Source: Stegostoma tigrinum | Lineage: Eukaryota | Length of the DNA: 64,000 nucleotides | Assembly: GCF_030684315.1 (NCBI RefSeq) | Contig: NC_081361.1 | Span: 18,217,861-18,281,860 of the forward strand | Reading direction: 5' to 3' | Part shown: positions 1-12,269 of the stretch, piece by piece | Layout: every line of letters starts with the position of its first letter | Position numbering within the stretch: the first letter of the stretch is position 1 | Notes under the pieces: model-generated | Databases searched by the model: none | The model's input: only the letters and a program-made list of their open reading frames with translations | What the model was told of the DNA's origin: nothing | Translations under genes and position numbers: made by a program

Positions 1-130
1 CACAGACTCTACCTGCAAGTTAAGTTTTAGAGAGTCCTGGACCAACACTCCCAGATCCCTTTGTACTTCTGCTTTACGAATTTTCTCACCGTTTAGAAAG
101 TAGCCCATGCCTGTATTCTTTTTTCCAATG
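1..130 (-). mobile_element. CR1-like LINE ORF2 C-terminal fragment
   Basis: Reverse complement resembles the CR1 '...QRDLGVLVQDSLK...' region. Confidence 0.55.
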
Positions 131-695
131 GGAGAGTTTTGGCCCTAACATGATTGAACTCGATGTTGACTCTGGAGGGCTACAGGGTCTCCAAGCGGAA
201 AATGGGATGTTGTTCTTCCAGCTTGCGTTGAGCTTCGCTGGAACACTGCAGCAAGCCAGCAAACAGGGTGGTATGTTAAAGTGGCAGAGAATTGGAAGCT
301 CAGGGTCTTTTTTCTAAGCAGTATGTAGATGTTCTGTGAAGCAGTCACCCAGTCTACACTTTGTTTTCCCCAATGTAGAGGAGACCACATCGTGAGCAGC
401 TAATCACCCTCCTCACCAGATTATTATCAACTCCTTTGTCTATCTAGCTGCTCTTCTCTCTGGGTTCTATCCTTTATCCTATTGTTTACTCTCTACCCCA
501 CCCCCCTCCCTATTTTCTGCAGTTAAATTGATGTTTTCCCAGCTACCATCAGTTCGGAGGAAGGTTCACTGGACCCAAAACATTAACTCTGATGTTTTCT
601 CTTCAGTGATGTTGCCAGATCTGCTGAGCATTTCCAGCAACTTCTGTTTTTGTTCCTGATTTACAGCATTTGCAGTTCTTTCCATTTTTATTTTC
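130..695. mobile_element. Penelope-like element relics: GIY-YIG end on - (about 130-400) abutting a + strand 3' tail with a decayed hammerhead core (about 555-590)
   Basis: GAACAACATCCCATTTTCCGCTTGG-type PLE coding end on -; the tail ...cactggacccaaaacattaactct...ctgctgagcatttccagcaacttctgtttttgttcctgatttacagcat matches other PLE tails in the window. Confidence 0.65.
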
Positions 696-2427
696 AATTG
701 CAGTCTGAATCTCTGAGCTATTATCTAACATGTGTTCAGTTTTAATACTAGAACAGTTCGGCAACTAGATAAAAGCCAAAACCAAATGTGATATCATTGC
801 TCCATCTGAGGATAAAACCATTTTTTGTTTGCGATCTTATGACATCTGTGTGTTGATCAGGAAATTTTGTACAGATTTACCAGTTTCCCCCAGTAATGGC
901 ACTTGTGACCTCAGATAGTAGCTCCTCAGTTGTAATAACTTAATAACGTGCCTGATGTACAATATATTCAGTGGACAAAACATGACATGAGCTTTACATT
1001 CACCAGATGTGAGAAAGTGGCAATTATTTTCCAATGTCTAGTATACAGTGCTGTCTCTGTTGACAGTGTTGGACAAAGCATCCATCGCCACACACTTTAA
1101 AAATTAATGGACTGTAAATATCACATTTCACAGTTAAATCACAGGTTTTGGCACCTAGACTAGACTAACCACCATTGATCTCAAGTATAGATGTCACGGA
1201 ATTTGTCGTGGAAACCACAAGCTGTTTCGCAAAGAAGATAGCGCCACCTATGCAGAGATCAAGGAACTGCTTATAGCTCACAGGAATCTTTGGTTAGAAT
1301 TTTAAATTTGATCTGGACAAAGGTGAATTTCTCCGATGGAAAGCAATCACATATTCATCTATGTTTGAACCACGTTACAGTTGACAGATACTACTTCAGT
1401 TGTTTAATTCAGAAATTAAGCATCAAACACTCTCCAGATTGAAATGTTCTAGCTTTAGTAAATATGCTGGTCAGTTTACAGATGATTTTCATCTCAACTT
1501 ACTTGTATCTTCAATCCAAGGCCTTCTGCCCTTGCCATCACATACTTAACTGCAGAGTCCTGCATGTTAATAATCTGCCCATCACCGAACCAATCGATCT
1601 GCAAACCCAGTACGCACAGGTGCACAAACACAGAAGTACATGCACACGTGCGCAGACATCCATGACCCGAGCTCCCATCTGAGCAATACCACCCCTCTCT
1701 TCCAACAGGTAGGTAATTTCAAAGGGCTAGCTATGTCTATTCCAACCCATACCTGGCCTTATTCAATGACCTCCTTCACCCACCGGCAGTGTGCCTTCCT
1801 TTATGCTGTTCCCCCTCATTGACCCTGTTTCTTCATCCAACTTTAATTTGCAGGATCACACTGGACACTTTTAAGCCAAGATCTCTGAGCAGCTGTCCAA
1901 CATCACTGGAGTCAAACGGGTGCTGTGGTCAATCCAAACTCTGTTCAGGAGTATACACTGACTAAACTGGAAGCTGAGTTGAAAGAATTCTGCCCAGCCA
2001 GTGACAAAGGCTACTGCTTAATTCTGTGATCATGCACTAACTAACTAAATAAATAAGCTTTCATTCATCCACCACGTTTCTGTAATTCTTACTACTGTTG
2101 TCGAGCTAAAATCTATCAGTCGTAATTTTGAATTTTTCACTTGACCTTCAGCATAAGTAGCTTTCTGTGACAAAGTTCCAAATTTCCATAACTTTTAGTG
2201 TAAAGTAGAACTTCCTGATTTCATCGCTGAGTAGCCGAGCATCAATTTTCGGGTTATGCTCATTGTCTTAGATTCTCTGACCAAAGGAAATATTTGATCT
2301 CTATGTATGCAAATCAAATAAATATCTTAAACACTTAACTCACTCTGTTGTTAGTTCTCTATACATGAACATCACAGGCTTAGTCTGTGCAACAGAATGG
2401 TTTTAATGTTCTGTCCTTATCACACAG

Positions 2428-2555
2428 GTCATTGACAGACGGTTGCAAAAGGTTCTTGTCTTGGAGGATGATAATAGGTTTCAGCCACATTTTCGAAGAA
2501 GGATAACAAAGCTAATGGAAGATATCGAGGAGAACCAGCTGGACTGGGACCTGAT
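2428..2555 (+). CDS. COLGALT2: Procollagen galactosyltransferase 2, antepenultimate coding exon ([43 protein letters not shown])
   Basis: 128-nt exon bounded by cacacag|GTC and CTGAT|gtgagt. Translation resembles COLGALT VIDRELEKTLVIEDDVRF...LDWELI with the EDD motif. Phase 2 joins the exon at 10080. Not in the ORF track. Confidence 0.93.
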
Positions 2556-3944
2556 GTGAGTCTGAACATGTGACAAATGATTAAAAACTCAGGGCAGAAT
2601 CCTGTCCGTCTAAGATGTGGTGGGGAAGATGGGAGAGAGGGAAGAGAATGTGGTGCGATGGCATGGGAGAGATACCTGCCACCTTCAACAGGAATTACGG
2701 GAGTTGTTAGGAAGGCCCAGATTTTGCCACTGGCCCACTGTCAATTGAGGATTTTAAGTGGTTCAGTTTTGACCACTGCATTGCGTTGCTATGCATAATT
2801 CCCTTCCCTGAGCAAGAACGGTGGCAGCGTGCCCACATGGTAAACAGTTTGGAGTGTGGGAGCAATCCCTCAATCTGGCCTTATCCAGAAATATTCAGGG
2901 GTCATGGATGGGGAACAGAGGTGTGGCCAGTGCAAAACATCACACTGCCCTTGCCTCTGACCCCTCCTGTCTTTGACCTTATTTGCAGCCCACGCTGCAC
3001 AATGCCCTGCTCTCACCCCCACCCCACCATTTCCTGTTTGCAATGTGGTGGGGGTGGTGAGGACGTAGGTGAAGGGGGTTTGGTTGGTGTGTCCCACGTA
3101 TAATGGTGCCTGTCACCACAAAAAAAAATACATTTCCAGCCTTAAAATTGCAGAATCCTTCTGTCTTGCCTGTGTTTTTTGAACTAGATTTCCACAAGAA
3201 TCTGCAAAGAGAGATCTCGGACTTTTAACCAACTTGCTGACTTGTACAGTGGAGAGAACAATTTCCATCTGCAACTTATCCAGTTGTTCCATTGCAACAA
3301 GCTAGGCATTTGTCTTTCAGTCCTTAAAGTGCTGATCCCAATTTAACCTTGACTGATGAGATTCTCTGGTGTCTGTAATGATCTGGAAGGAAGTTGATGT
3401 GGACTGTTTCAGTTTAACTCAGAGGGAGTGGGCTTACAATGGAAAATTTCATAATTCTTGGCTAATTTCAGGAATGGCATATGGTGAGACTATGGGATTG
3501 TGCAGTAGATGTTGCTTTTCTGATTTGGAGCTGAAGGTCTGTGGGTCATTATTTTGCATCCAGCCATGTTCCTGTGTACAGTTGATAACACAGGCCTTGA
3601 GTAAGGTTAAATTAAGTTACCCACTATTTCAAAGTGCTTGATCAGAGCTACTATCTGTGTCACTTCTGAGTGTAAGTAACAAGGATTATGAGTGGAAACT
3701 GAAAGTTTTTGCTGAGCAGTGCAATATTAGCAATCAATAGACCGTCTTGTACAGCATGAAAATAATAGCACTATTTGGAAATCAAAACAAGGGAATATGG
3801 TGAACACTCAATATTAGAGTTGGACTTTGAGTATCCTTTTAAATTCAAATTGCTGCTATTAATTTGTGTTGTACCGATCAGGTGAATGATTTTGACCACT
3901 TGGATCTTGGTATTGTTTTCTTACTTTCCTCTTGTTTGGTTGTC

Positions 3945-4140
3945 TAAGCATGACACTAAAATAGGTGGAAAGGCAGATTGTGAGATGGATACAAACAGTT
4001 TGCAGGGATTTTGATAAGCTGAGTAAGTGAGCAATAGATTGTCCAATGGGGTATAATGTGGGAAAATGTGAAGTCGCTCATTTTGGAAAAAAGAACAAAT
4101 GAACAGAATGTTATTTAACCGTAGAAAAATCACAGAAAGT
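3945..4140 (+). mobile_element. CR1-like LINE RT fragment
   Basis: gacactaaaataggtggaaaggc (DTKIGGKA) followed by decayed post-RT sequence. Confidence 0.55.
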
Positions 4141-7100
4141 TGTATCTACTTTTCAATACTCTTAAGGGTTCTATCATTCACTGTTTAGTTTCCAACTGTC
4201 TCGACCTTCCAAAATGCATCATCCTACATTTTTCCAGATATAACTCTTTTTCTGTCATTTTTCTGCCCATGCCTGCAATTGATCTATATCCTGCTTTATC
4301 CACTGACAGTCCTTGTTACTATCCACAACTCTAGCAAGTTTGTGGATGTTACAAAGATTGATAATTAGAGCAGCCACGTTTTCCTCCAAATCATTTATGT
4401 AGACCACAAATGGCAGAGGGCCCAGCACTGATCCCTGTGGAACACCACTAGTCACAACCCTCCAGTCTGAAAAACATCCTTCCATCGCTACACTCTGTCT
4501 TCTAAGCCTAAGCTAGTTCTGCATCCATCTTGCCAGCTCACCCTGATATCATGTGACTTCACCTGTTATACCAATCTGTCATGAGGGACCTTGCCAAAAG
4601 CTTTACTGAAGTGCATGGAGACAATATCATCCACTTTTCTGTCCTCAATCATCTTCGTCACCTCCTCAAAACACTTGATCAAGATGGTGAGGCGTGACCT
4701 CTTCACATAAAGTCTTGCTGTCTGTCATGAATAAGTCCATTTGCTTCTTACTCCTTATAGATTTTGTTCCTTAGAATCTTTTCCAAAAGTTTACCTATCA
4801 TTAGCATGAGTCCACAGGCCTGTAATTTGCTGGATTATCTCTTCTACCCTTCTTAGTGCAACAACATTTGGTTATTCCCCAGTCCTGTGGGACCTCACCT
4901 GTGGACAAAGAGGATACAGAGATGACTCTCAATGTTCCAGAAATTTGTTCTCTTGCCTCCCTCACTATTCTGGAATGGATCCCATCAGGACCTGGGCACT
5001 TCGCTACCTTAATATTTTTTAAGATGCATAACCCTCTTCCTTTTTATGTCAACTTAGTTTAGAAATTCGACACGCCCTTCCCTGAGATTATCCTCCTCCA
5101 ATTCCTTCTCTTTGATGAATACAGACACAAAGCATTTTTTTAGGAACCCCCCCCCCCCCTCTTCTGGCTCCACACATAGATTCCATTCTTTGTCCTTGAG
5201 TGGGCTAACCTTTTCCCTCACTACCCTCTTGCTCTTTATGTATGTAGAAAAAGCCTTGGGATTCTCCTTAATCCTGTTTGGTAACAACTTTTCATGACCT
5301 CTTCTCAGTCCTTGTTTAAATTCTTTCCTACTTTGCTTGTATACTTTTAAGGGCTTTGTCTGTTCCCATACTCCTAGTCCCTGCATATGCTTCCTTTTGA
5401 CCAAGGTCGTAATATCTCTGGTCATCGAAGGTTCTTGTAACTTGTCATACCTATCTTTCATTCTCACTGGAACATGCTGTCCCTGATCTTTTATCTCTTG
5501 CCTTTTCAAAAATCCCACACAGCCAATGTGGATTTACCCTCAAACAACCGCCTCCAATTAAAATTCTCCAGTTCCTGTCTAATATTGTTGTAGTTCGCCT
5601 TCCCATTTAACACCTTCACCTGAGGACTGCTGTTGTCCATGTCTGTGTGTATCTTAATATTGTGAGTTATATGGATACTATCCCAAAATGCTTCCCATTG
5701 AAACTTCACTAATCTGGCTGGGGTCATTTTTCAAAGCCAGGTCCAGTATAACCCCTTCTCTGATGGGATTGTTTACATACTGTGTCAAGAATCCCTCTTG
5801 ATTGGTCTTTAGAAATTCTGCCCCATCCAAGCCCCTAGTACAAAATGAGTCCTAATCAAGATAGGAGAAGTTAAGATCACTCACCTCAACAACCCTGCTG
5901 TTTAGAAATCTTTCCAAAATTTGTCATAATCTTTTCTGCATCACATGCTGGCTGGTGGGAGGCCGGTAGCATACCCCCAGCATTGTGATTTCACCTTTCC
6001 TCTTCCCGAGTTCTCCCCAAATTGGTTCTCTGTACCAGTTGTCTCATGTGTCCTCCCTCAGAACGGCAGTGAGAAGGTCCTTTCCCAGTACTGCAACTTC
6101 CACATCCCTTTAACACCCCATTCTATCACACCTGAAACTTTGAAGTGCTGGGACATTGAGCTGCCAGTCCAGTCCCTCTTTCAGTCAAGTCTCCATAATC
6201 ATAATAATATCATAGTTCCAAGTACTAACCAAAGTTCTACATTCATCTATCCCACCTCTCCCAGAACTGGTCCAAATACACTACAAATCTGAAACCCCCC
6301 CCGCCCCCCCACACCATCTTTTTCCATCACATGTTCATCCCATGTATCTAGCTGTTTCTACTCTGACGAGCTTGTGGGACTGGTAGTAATCCTGAGATAA
6401 CAACCTTATTGAGGTCCTACATTTCAACTTTCTTCCTAGTTCTCTATGTTATGCTTTTAGGACCTCATCCCTTTTTTTTTAACAGCCCTGTGTTGTTAGT
6501 CTGAACATGTACCACAACCACTGGCTGTTTGCCCTCCCCCTCCAGACTGGAATCCAAGGTAGAAAAACCGGAGGCTTAACAGATTATCCTTCTTCTAGAC
6601 TGAAGAAGGCTCATACCCAAAATGTTGACTTCTGCTTTCCTCCAGTTGCTGCCTGGTTTGCTGTGTTTTTCCAGTCTCCTGTTTGGCAACACACCATCCT
6701 GGGCTCTGCTTTGCAGCCACAGAAACACCTGTCTGTTCCCCATATGATTGAATCCCCACTGAATGTGTGGCATTTCTGTGCTGATTTCTTTCTCCCTCTG
6801 CAGCAGACCCAACCATGCTGCCATGAATTTGGTTGCTGCTGTAATCCCTTGAGAAGCTATTCCCCTCCATAGTATCCAAAATGTTCTATCTGTTTTGCAG
6901 AGGAACTGCCACAGGAGATTCTGTGCTGCCTGCTTAGCACCCCCTGCTCTACCTGGTGGTCACTCATTCCCTTCCTGCCTGTGTGACCACCTCTCTTGAA
7001 GTGCTGTCCATGATACTCTCCACCTCGTGAATGGTCCACAGTGTCCCCAGATGCAGCTCCAATTTCAAAATGCGAGCTTCCAGGACTGCAGCTGGAGTCA

Positions 7101-7210
7101 CTGCTTGCGCGCATGCAAGTCCCACGCACTAGAATTGTGCCTGTCTTCCACATTGAGCAAGAGGAGCAGACTAAGATTTGAAGCTCTCCTGCCATGTCTT
7201 ACCTCTTGAA
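4140..7210 (-). mobile_element. Long decayed CR1 LINE (ORF1 zinc-finger/esterase and ORF2 endonuclease-RT), multiple frameshifts
   Basis: Fragments MAGELQILVCSSCSMW (ORF1 start at 7195), KVVISGLLPVP (esterase), RIKENPKAFSTYIKSKR and FSDWRVVTSGVPQGSVLGPL.FVVYINDL (RT). Confidence 0.9.
6590..6690 (+). mobile_element. Short PLE-type tail inserted in CR1 ORF1, with decayed hammerhead core
   Basis: ctgaagaaggctcatacccaaaatgttgacttc...gctgcctggtttgctgtgttttttccagtctcctgttt. Confidence 0.5.
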
Positions 7211-7667
7211 CTTAATTAATTCATCCCTTGTGGAATACTTTTGATACTAAATTGAAGCATCTCATGCTCTCTGTTCTAACAACAATTTCTCAAAACTTGC
7301 CTCTTGCTTAGCAACAACCACTTTCAGAAGCTATTTAGGCTTGGCTCCTTTAGCCACTGAACTTTCACTGCCGACCTTCCTCTCATGTTATTATGTCTCC
7401 TCTCCCCTGAACCTTGTCTTTTACTTTGTTTAGAGGAGGAAGGTAACACTACAATTATGTTTTGTTTGGAGCTGACTCTTCCTTGATACCAGGTTATTTC
7501 ACATTGCCCTTCACACTCAATTGAAGTAGAATACCATTCCCAGAATGCAAACAAGCGATGCCTCAGTACCCTCTGGTTGGATGCTGTTCCTCCTTCTTGT
7601 CACCAGGGATGGATTTCCAAGATGTCCTTCACACTCATGCTGACTGCAAACACCATGCGCAGAATGC

Positions 7668-9345
7668 TTGTTTCTTAAATTTCAAAAATGTACTTTATTC
7701 CTAAAAAATGGCTTTGTATCTATACGCTGTCACAAAGCAGTTTCGTTCTTTACAGTTGAATATCAAATAGGCAAAGCATTGGACTTTGACTTTATCCAAA
7801 AAAAATCAAAGACCTATTTTGCACATAACAATACTAATATTTACATATACTTAAGACACTGGGAGAGTCTGATAGCTGACCAGCTCCCCATTTACCTTCA
7901 GCAGCGAGACCTCAGACAGTGATCTTAATCCTCTGTGCCTTGGCAGCAGCTGCCCCAAGCTTCAGTGCATCCCTCAGCATGTAGTCCTGGATCTTCTCTA
8001 GACCAAAGACTTCTCTTATGCAGACAATACTAATATTTATATTTGAGGCACTCGGAGGGTCCAAAAACTGAATGGACCCCTATTTAGCTTCAGCAGAATG
8101 ACCTCAGACAGTGGTCTTTTCCCCAGTGAACCTTGGTGGCAGCTGCCCCAACCTCTTTTTTAATTATTTCAAAAATATTCTTCATTCATAAAAGTCTGAA
8201 AGTGTACATACGCTGTCACAAATGTAGTTCAGTTCTGTGCAGTTGCATATCAAAAAAAACAATAAAACGTTGGCCTTTGGAAGCCTAAGATAGATCAGGT
8301 CTGAAGGGACTTCATGTTCAGAACTCTGGATAAATTGGGGGGGGTGAACATACCCAACATCCTGATTGCCACCTTTGTGTGTGGCTGCATCAAGTTGTGT
8401 GTAGACCCTCAGTACACAAACACCAAGTCTCACTACGTGCTGAAGTTCCACCTGGGGCTGGCCTCACTACTGTGGAACACTCTAAGTAATTGGACTGTTT
8501 GGTACCATCTGACCTTCGTAGAGAAATTTGCAAAACCAAACATCTTTGACCATCAAAGTTCTCGACTAGGAAGTGTTCAGCATGTAGCATCCTTGAGACC
8601 CTGAGGGAAAAGGAGAGGGTGGATACTGTCACGAGATTCCTTGAGCAGACTGTCAAAAGTTATTTGGCAGAATATCTCATCACCAGAACTTTCCAACAAG
8701 CACCAAGGCATCACTTGGCTAAAGGTGAGAGGAGCACCACCTGTGAGATCCTTTAAGTACCTTCAGTCGGTCTGCGCCACTGCACGCTGCCCTCGTAGCA
8801 GCTGTCGGGGGTGAGACTGTTACACATCTCCTTCTGGAATGTGCCTTTCCAAAGGAAGTCAGGAGAAAGATGAAGTGGTTTTTGTCAAGGTTCGTTCCCA
8901 GTTGCTCCATGACGCAGGACTCTGTTCTGTACGGTCTGTGCCCCGGGGCGCACGCCAAGATGAGGTTTGTCTGGAGGATTATCAGTTTGATGAAAGGTGT
9001 CCTTTGGTCTCCCCAAAACTTGTTGGTCTTCCGAAACAAGGATTTGACCCCAACCGAGTGTTGCAAATTGGCACGTTGCAAGGTCCAGGGCTATGTGCTG
9101 AGGGATGCAATGAGGGACACGGTAAAGTTTGGGGCAGCTGTCGCCACGGTGCATTGGGAAAAGACCACTGACTGATGTCTTACTGCTGAACGTAAATGGG
9201 GTCGGTTCAATTGTTGGACTCACCTAGTGTCTCAAACATATGTAAATCTTAGTATTGTATGCATAATGGAGGCCATTGGTTTTGTTTTCAGGTTGAGTCA
9301 AAATCCAATGTTTTGTTAGTTGATTTGATATGCAACTGTACAGAA
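7668..9345. mobile_element. Cluster of Tx1/L1-clade LINE 3' pieces: - strand tails (7668-8285) and a + strand ORF2 C-terminal fragment (8310-9345)
   Basis: KLGGVNIPNILIATFVCGCIKLCVDPQY.NTK.HYVL, a cysteine-rich C..ETVTHLLLEC motif and AAVATVHWEKTT; the same tail sequence recurs in both orientations. Confidence 0.8.
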
Positions 9346-9469
9346 CATAAGCAAGCAATATCTTGGCACCCTCTGGTTGGATGCCCTTCCCCCTCCTAGT
9401 CACCATGATGTCCTTCACATCCATAGTGACTGCAAAGCCAACTCCCAGAATGCAAAGGAGTGACATCTA

Positions 9470-9990
9470 AGCACCCTTGGATGTGAGCAGTTTTGGACCC
9501 ATGATTTAAAGAAAGACATCATTTCATTAGAGCTGATTTCATAATGTTCAGTGTGATGATCCTGGATCTGGAGGAAAGGTTAAACATGTTGGTACTATTC
9601 ATTGGAGTTTAAAAGAATGAGTTATGTTGTCATCGCAACATATGGGTTTTTAAGGAGCTTGACAGGATAAATGATGAGAGGATGTTATCCCTCACAGGAC
9701 CTTCTAAGACCAGAGGGCATAGTCTCACAATGAAGGGTGCCATTTTATGTCTGAGATAAGGAGGAATTTGTTGCTGGATTTGAGAGTCTTTGGAACTCCT
9801 CATCAGAGATAGCTGTGGGAGCAACGTCCTTGTGTATATTTAAGGCTGAGATTCTTGGTCAGTCAGGGAATTGAGGAAATAGGGAAAATGCAGGAAAGTA
9901 ATTGGTAGAAATTTCGGATCAGCAATGATTCTATTATATGGTGGAGCAGGCTCGAGGGCCCAAATGACCTACTCCTGTTCTAATTTCTGA
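9470..9990 (+). mobile_element. CR1/L2-like LINE 3' end
   Basis: Decayed ORF2 end plus typical tail ggtggagcaggctcgagggcccaaatgacctactcctgttcta. Confidence 0.7.
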
Positions 9991-10079
9991 CGGTTTCGTA
10001 CCTAGAGCTATAATTAGCCTGTGTCAGTTTGCAGCTTTCCCACAAAGTCACACATTTTCCATTGTTGTTTTTATCTCAG

Positions 10080-10286
10080 CTACATTGGTCGAAAGCGGAT
10101 GCAAGTGGAACATCCGGAAAAATCTGTGCCTGGCATTAGGAATCTAGTAGAAGCAGATTATTCCTACTGGACTCTGGCCTACATCATATCTCAGCAGGGG
10201 GCTAAGAAGCTGGTGGCTGCTGAACCTTTTGGGAAGATGTTGCCAGTAGACGAATTTCTACCCATCATGTACAACAAACATCCGGT
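10080..10286 (+). CDS. COLGALT2: Procollagen galactosyltransferase 2, penultimate coding exon ([14 protein letters not shown]...[13 protein letters not shown])
   Basis: 207-nt exon, tctcag|C TAC ATT ... CCG GT|gtaagt. [20 protein letters not shown] and [20 protein letters not shown] are COLGALT motifs; PFGKM/MYNKHPV favour paralogue 2. Confidence 0.96.
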
Positions 10287-10589
10287 GTAAGTTACTCGTA
10301 TGTGTCTGGGCGCTGGAGGGGGTGGAGAGTTGGGGGAGGCGCCTAGTCCAACACTGAAAAGAATGGCAAGACGCATCCTAGCCTCTTTCCCATTAACTAG
10401 CAGCTGTCAATAAAAACAGTGCTAGAGATGGGTTTGTCTGGCAGTTCCCACAGTGGAGACGTTTCCTGATGGGTAGTTGTCTTGGTCTGACCCACAAAAG
10501 CAAAATGTAATGAGATTTTCATTGATGTGGTGTAAATCTTCAACATCAGACGTATCAGTTATCCTTGAATGCCTGTTTTGCTGTCAATC

Positions 10590-11960
10590 TCACTGCATTT
10601 CCCCACTCATCAAGTACTTAAGTTGGGTCCCAGCTATACCTGTCTCTTTGTGGGGTATATGGAACACTCCTTGTTGTAGCCCTACTCAAATCCCCACCTG
10701 TGACTGTTTCTCACAGTTCCCTCGACTATACCTGCTCGCACATTGATTCCTGTAGGGGTTCCAGCCTCATTCCCCCAATTTCTCCATCTCCATTATCTAT
10801 GTTCTGATGATAGCCACCTTCTACCAGACTGCCTCCAATATCACTTCCTTCTTTTCCTGAAGTGTGGCTTCACCCCTGCCATCGTTGGCAGGGTCCTCAG
10901 TCGTATCTGCCCTGATCTCCTGCACTTCCCCCGCCTCCTCAAACAGCAATAGCATTCCCATGTCCTTGCTTTCCACCCTGCCTTTTTCCACATGCAAAGG
11001 ATCATCCTCTGCCATTTCTGTCATCTCCAGCAGGAGTCCATCACTAAACACTTCTTCATATCCTCCATTGTCAAGTGTTGTGGAGTAACCATTCCCTCTG
11101 TGACGCCTTGGTCTGCTCCTCTATCACATCTTAACGTTTCCTCATTCCACCATGTTGCCTTTCCATACAATCACAGAGATTGTTCCACTTCCCATTCACC
11201 TCCTCCCTCCTGTCTGTGCAAAGCCCTATATCCACTTTACAGGTAAAAGAGTTTTTCATTTGTACTTCTTTCTGTCTACTGTACTGCATTTGCTGCTGAT
11301 AATGTGGTCTCCTTTACATTAGCAAGACCCCAAGGAGTTTGCGTCACCACGTTGTGGAAAACCTCTACTCTGTCCATAGCAATGAACTCCCTGGTTTTTG
11401 AGTTGCCTGACATTTTAGCTGTCATGTTAACATTTCTGTCCTGTGCCTATTGCAGTGTTTCAACAACGGACTACACAAGCTCAAGAAACAACACCTCATT
11501 TTTCCTTTCGGCATTTTACAGCCTCTAGGACTCAATATTGAATATAATAACATCATAAACTTGCTGAATGATGTCTGTTCACTATTTTTCTTACAACCCC
11601 TCTCTCCCCATGCACCCCCACAGCCTTGTCTCATTTACTTTGCTATCACTGGGATCACTCGCTCTCTTTCACACCTTGATGTATATCCAATTTTCATCTC
11701 TTTTTGTCTTTTGCTGCCATTGAGAGCAGCTTGACTTTTTGCACTAGGCCTGCACACCATCTGATACCCGCTTCCTCTCCTCCGCCTCTATTAATCTTAT
11801 AAAAGAACCCTTTGTACAACCTCTCTTAGTTCTGAAGAAGAGTCATACTGAACCTAAAACATTAACTCTTATTTCATTCTGCACAGATGCTGACCAGCCT
11901 GCTGAGTTTCTCCAGTAATTTCTGATTTTGTTTCCAGCTCCACTATTTTGCTCTATTTGA
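10590..11960 (+). mobile_element. Decayed Penelope-like element (RT remnant, GIY-YIG region, 3' tail with decayed hammerhead core at about 11832)
   Basis: Similar to the younger PLE at 62100-64000; KLKKQHLIFPFGILQPLGLNIEYN C-terminus; tail tctgaagaagagtcatactgaacctaaaacattaactc. Confidence 0.8.
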
Positions 11961-12269
11961 GGACATATGTTGAAGGATATACAAGATCTTGTACCTTGCC
12001 ATTACTGTACCAATTTGGCCTAGATTAAACTTCTGGTAGATTCTATCCAACTACCACTAGACTTCCAGAGGTTCCAAACACATAATCGAGTTTATATCAT
12101 AACCCTTGAAAAATAGGAGATGACATGCATTCAGGGTAAGAAGAAATTTGGAAGCCTGTCCGTCCAAATATTAACAAGGCTAAAGGAGAATTTAAATGTA
12201 CTTCTGTTGTCCGTTCAAGAGTGCCAACCCTAATGACTGTGTGAGTAAACATCTCTATATGACTGAAAT

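Noticed and set aside
2590-3110. GC-richer segment with overlapping ORFs (similar patches near 20.6-21.1, 32.2-32.7, 38.3-39.0 and 42.3-42.7 kb)
   Set aside because: No protein similarity recognised; probably old unclassified interspersed repeats whose family and boundaries cannot be supported by eye.
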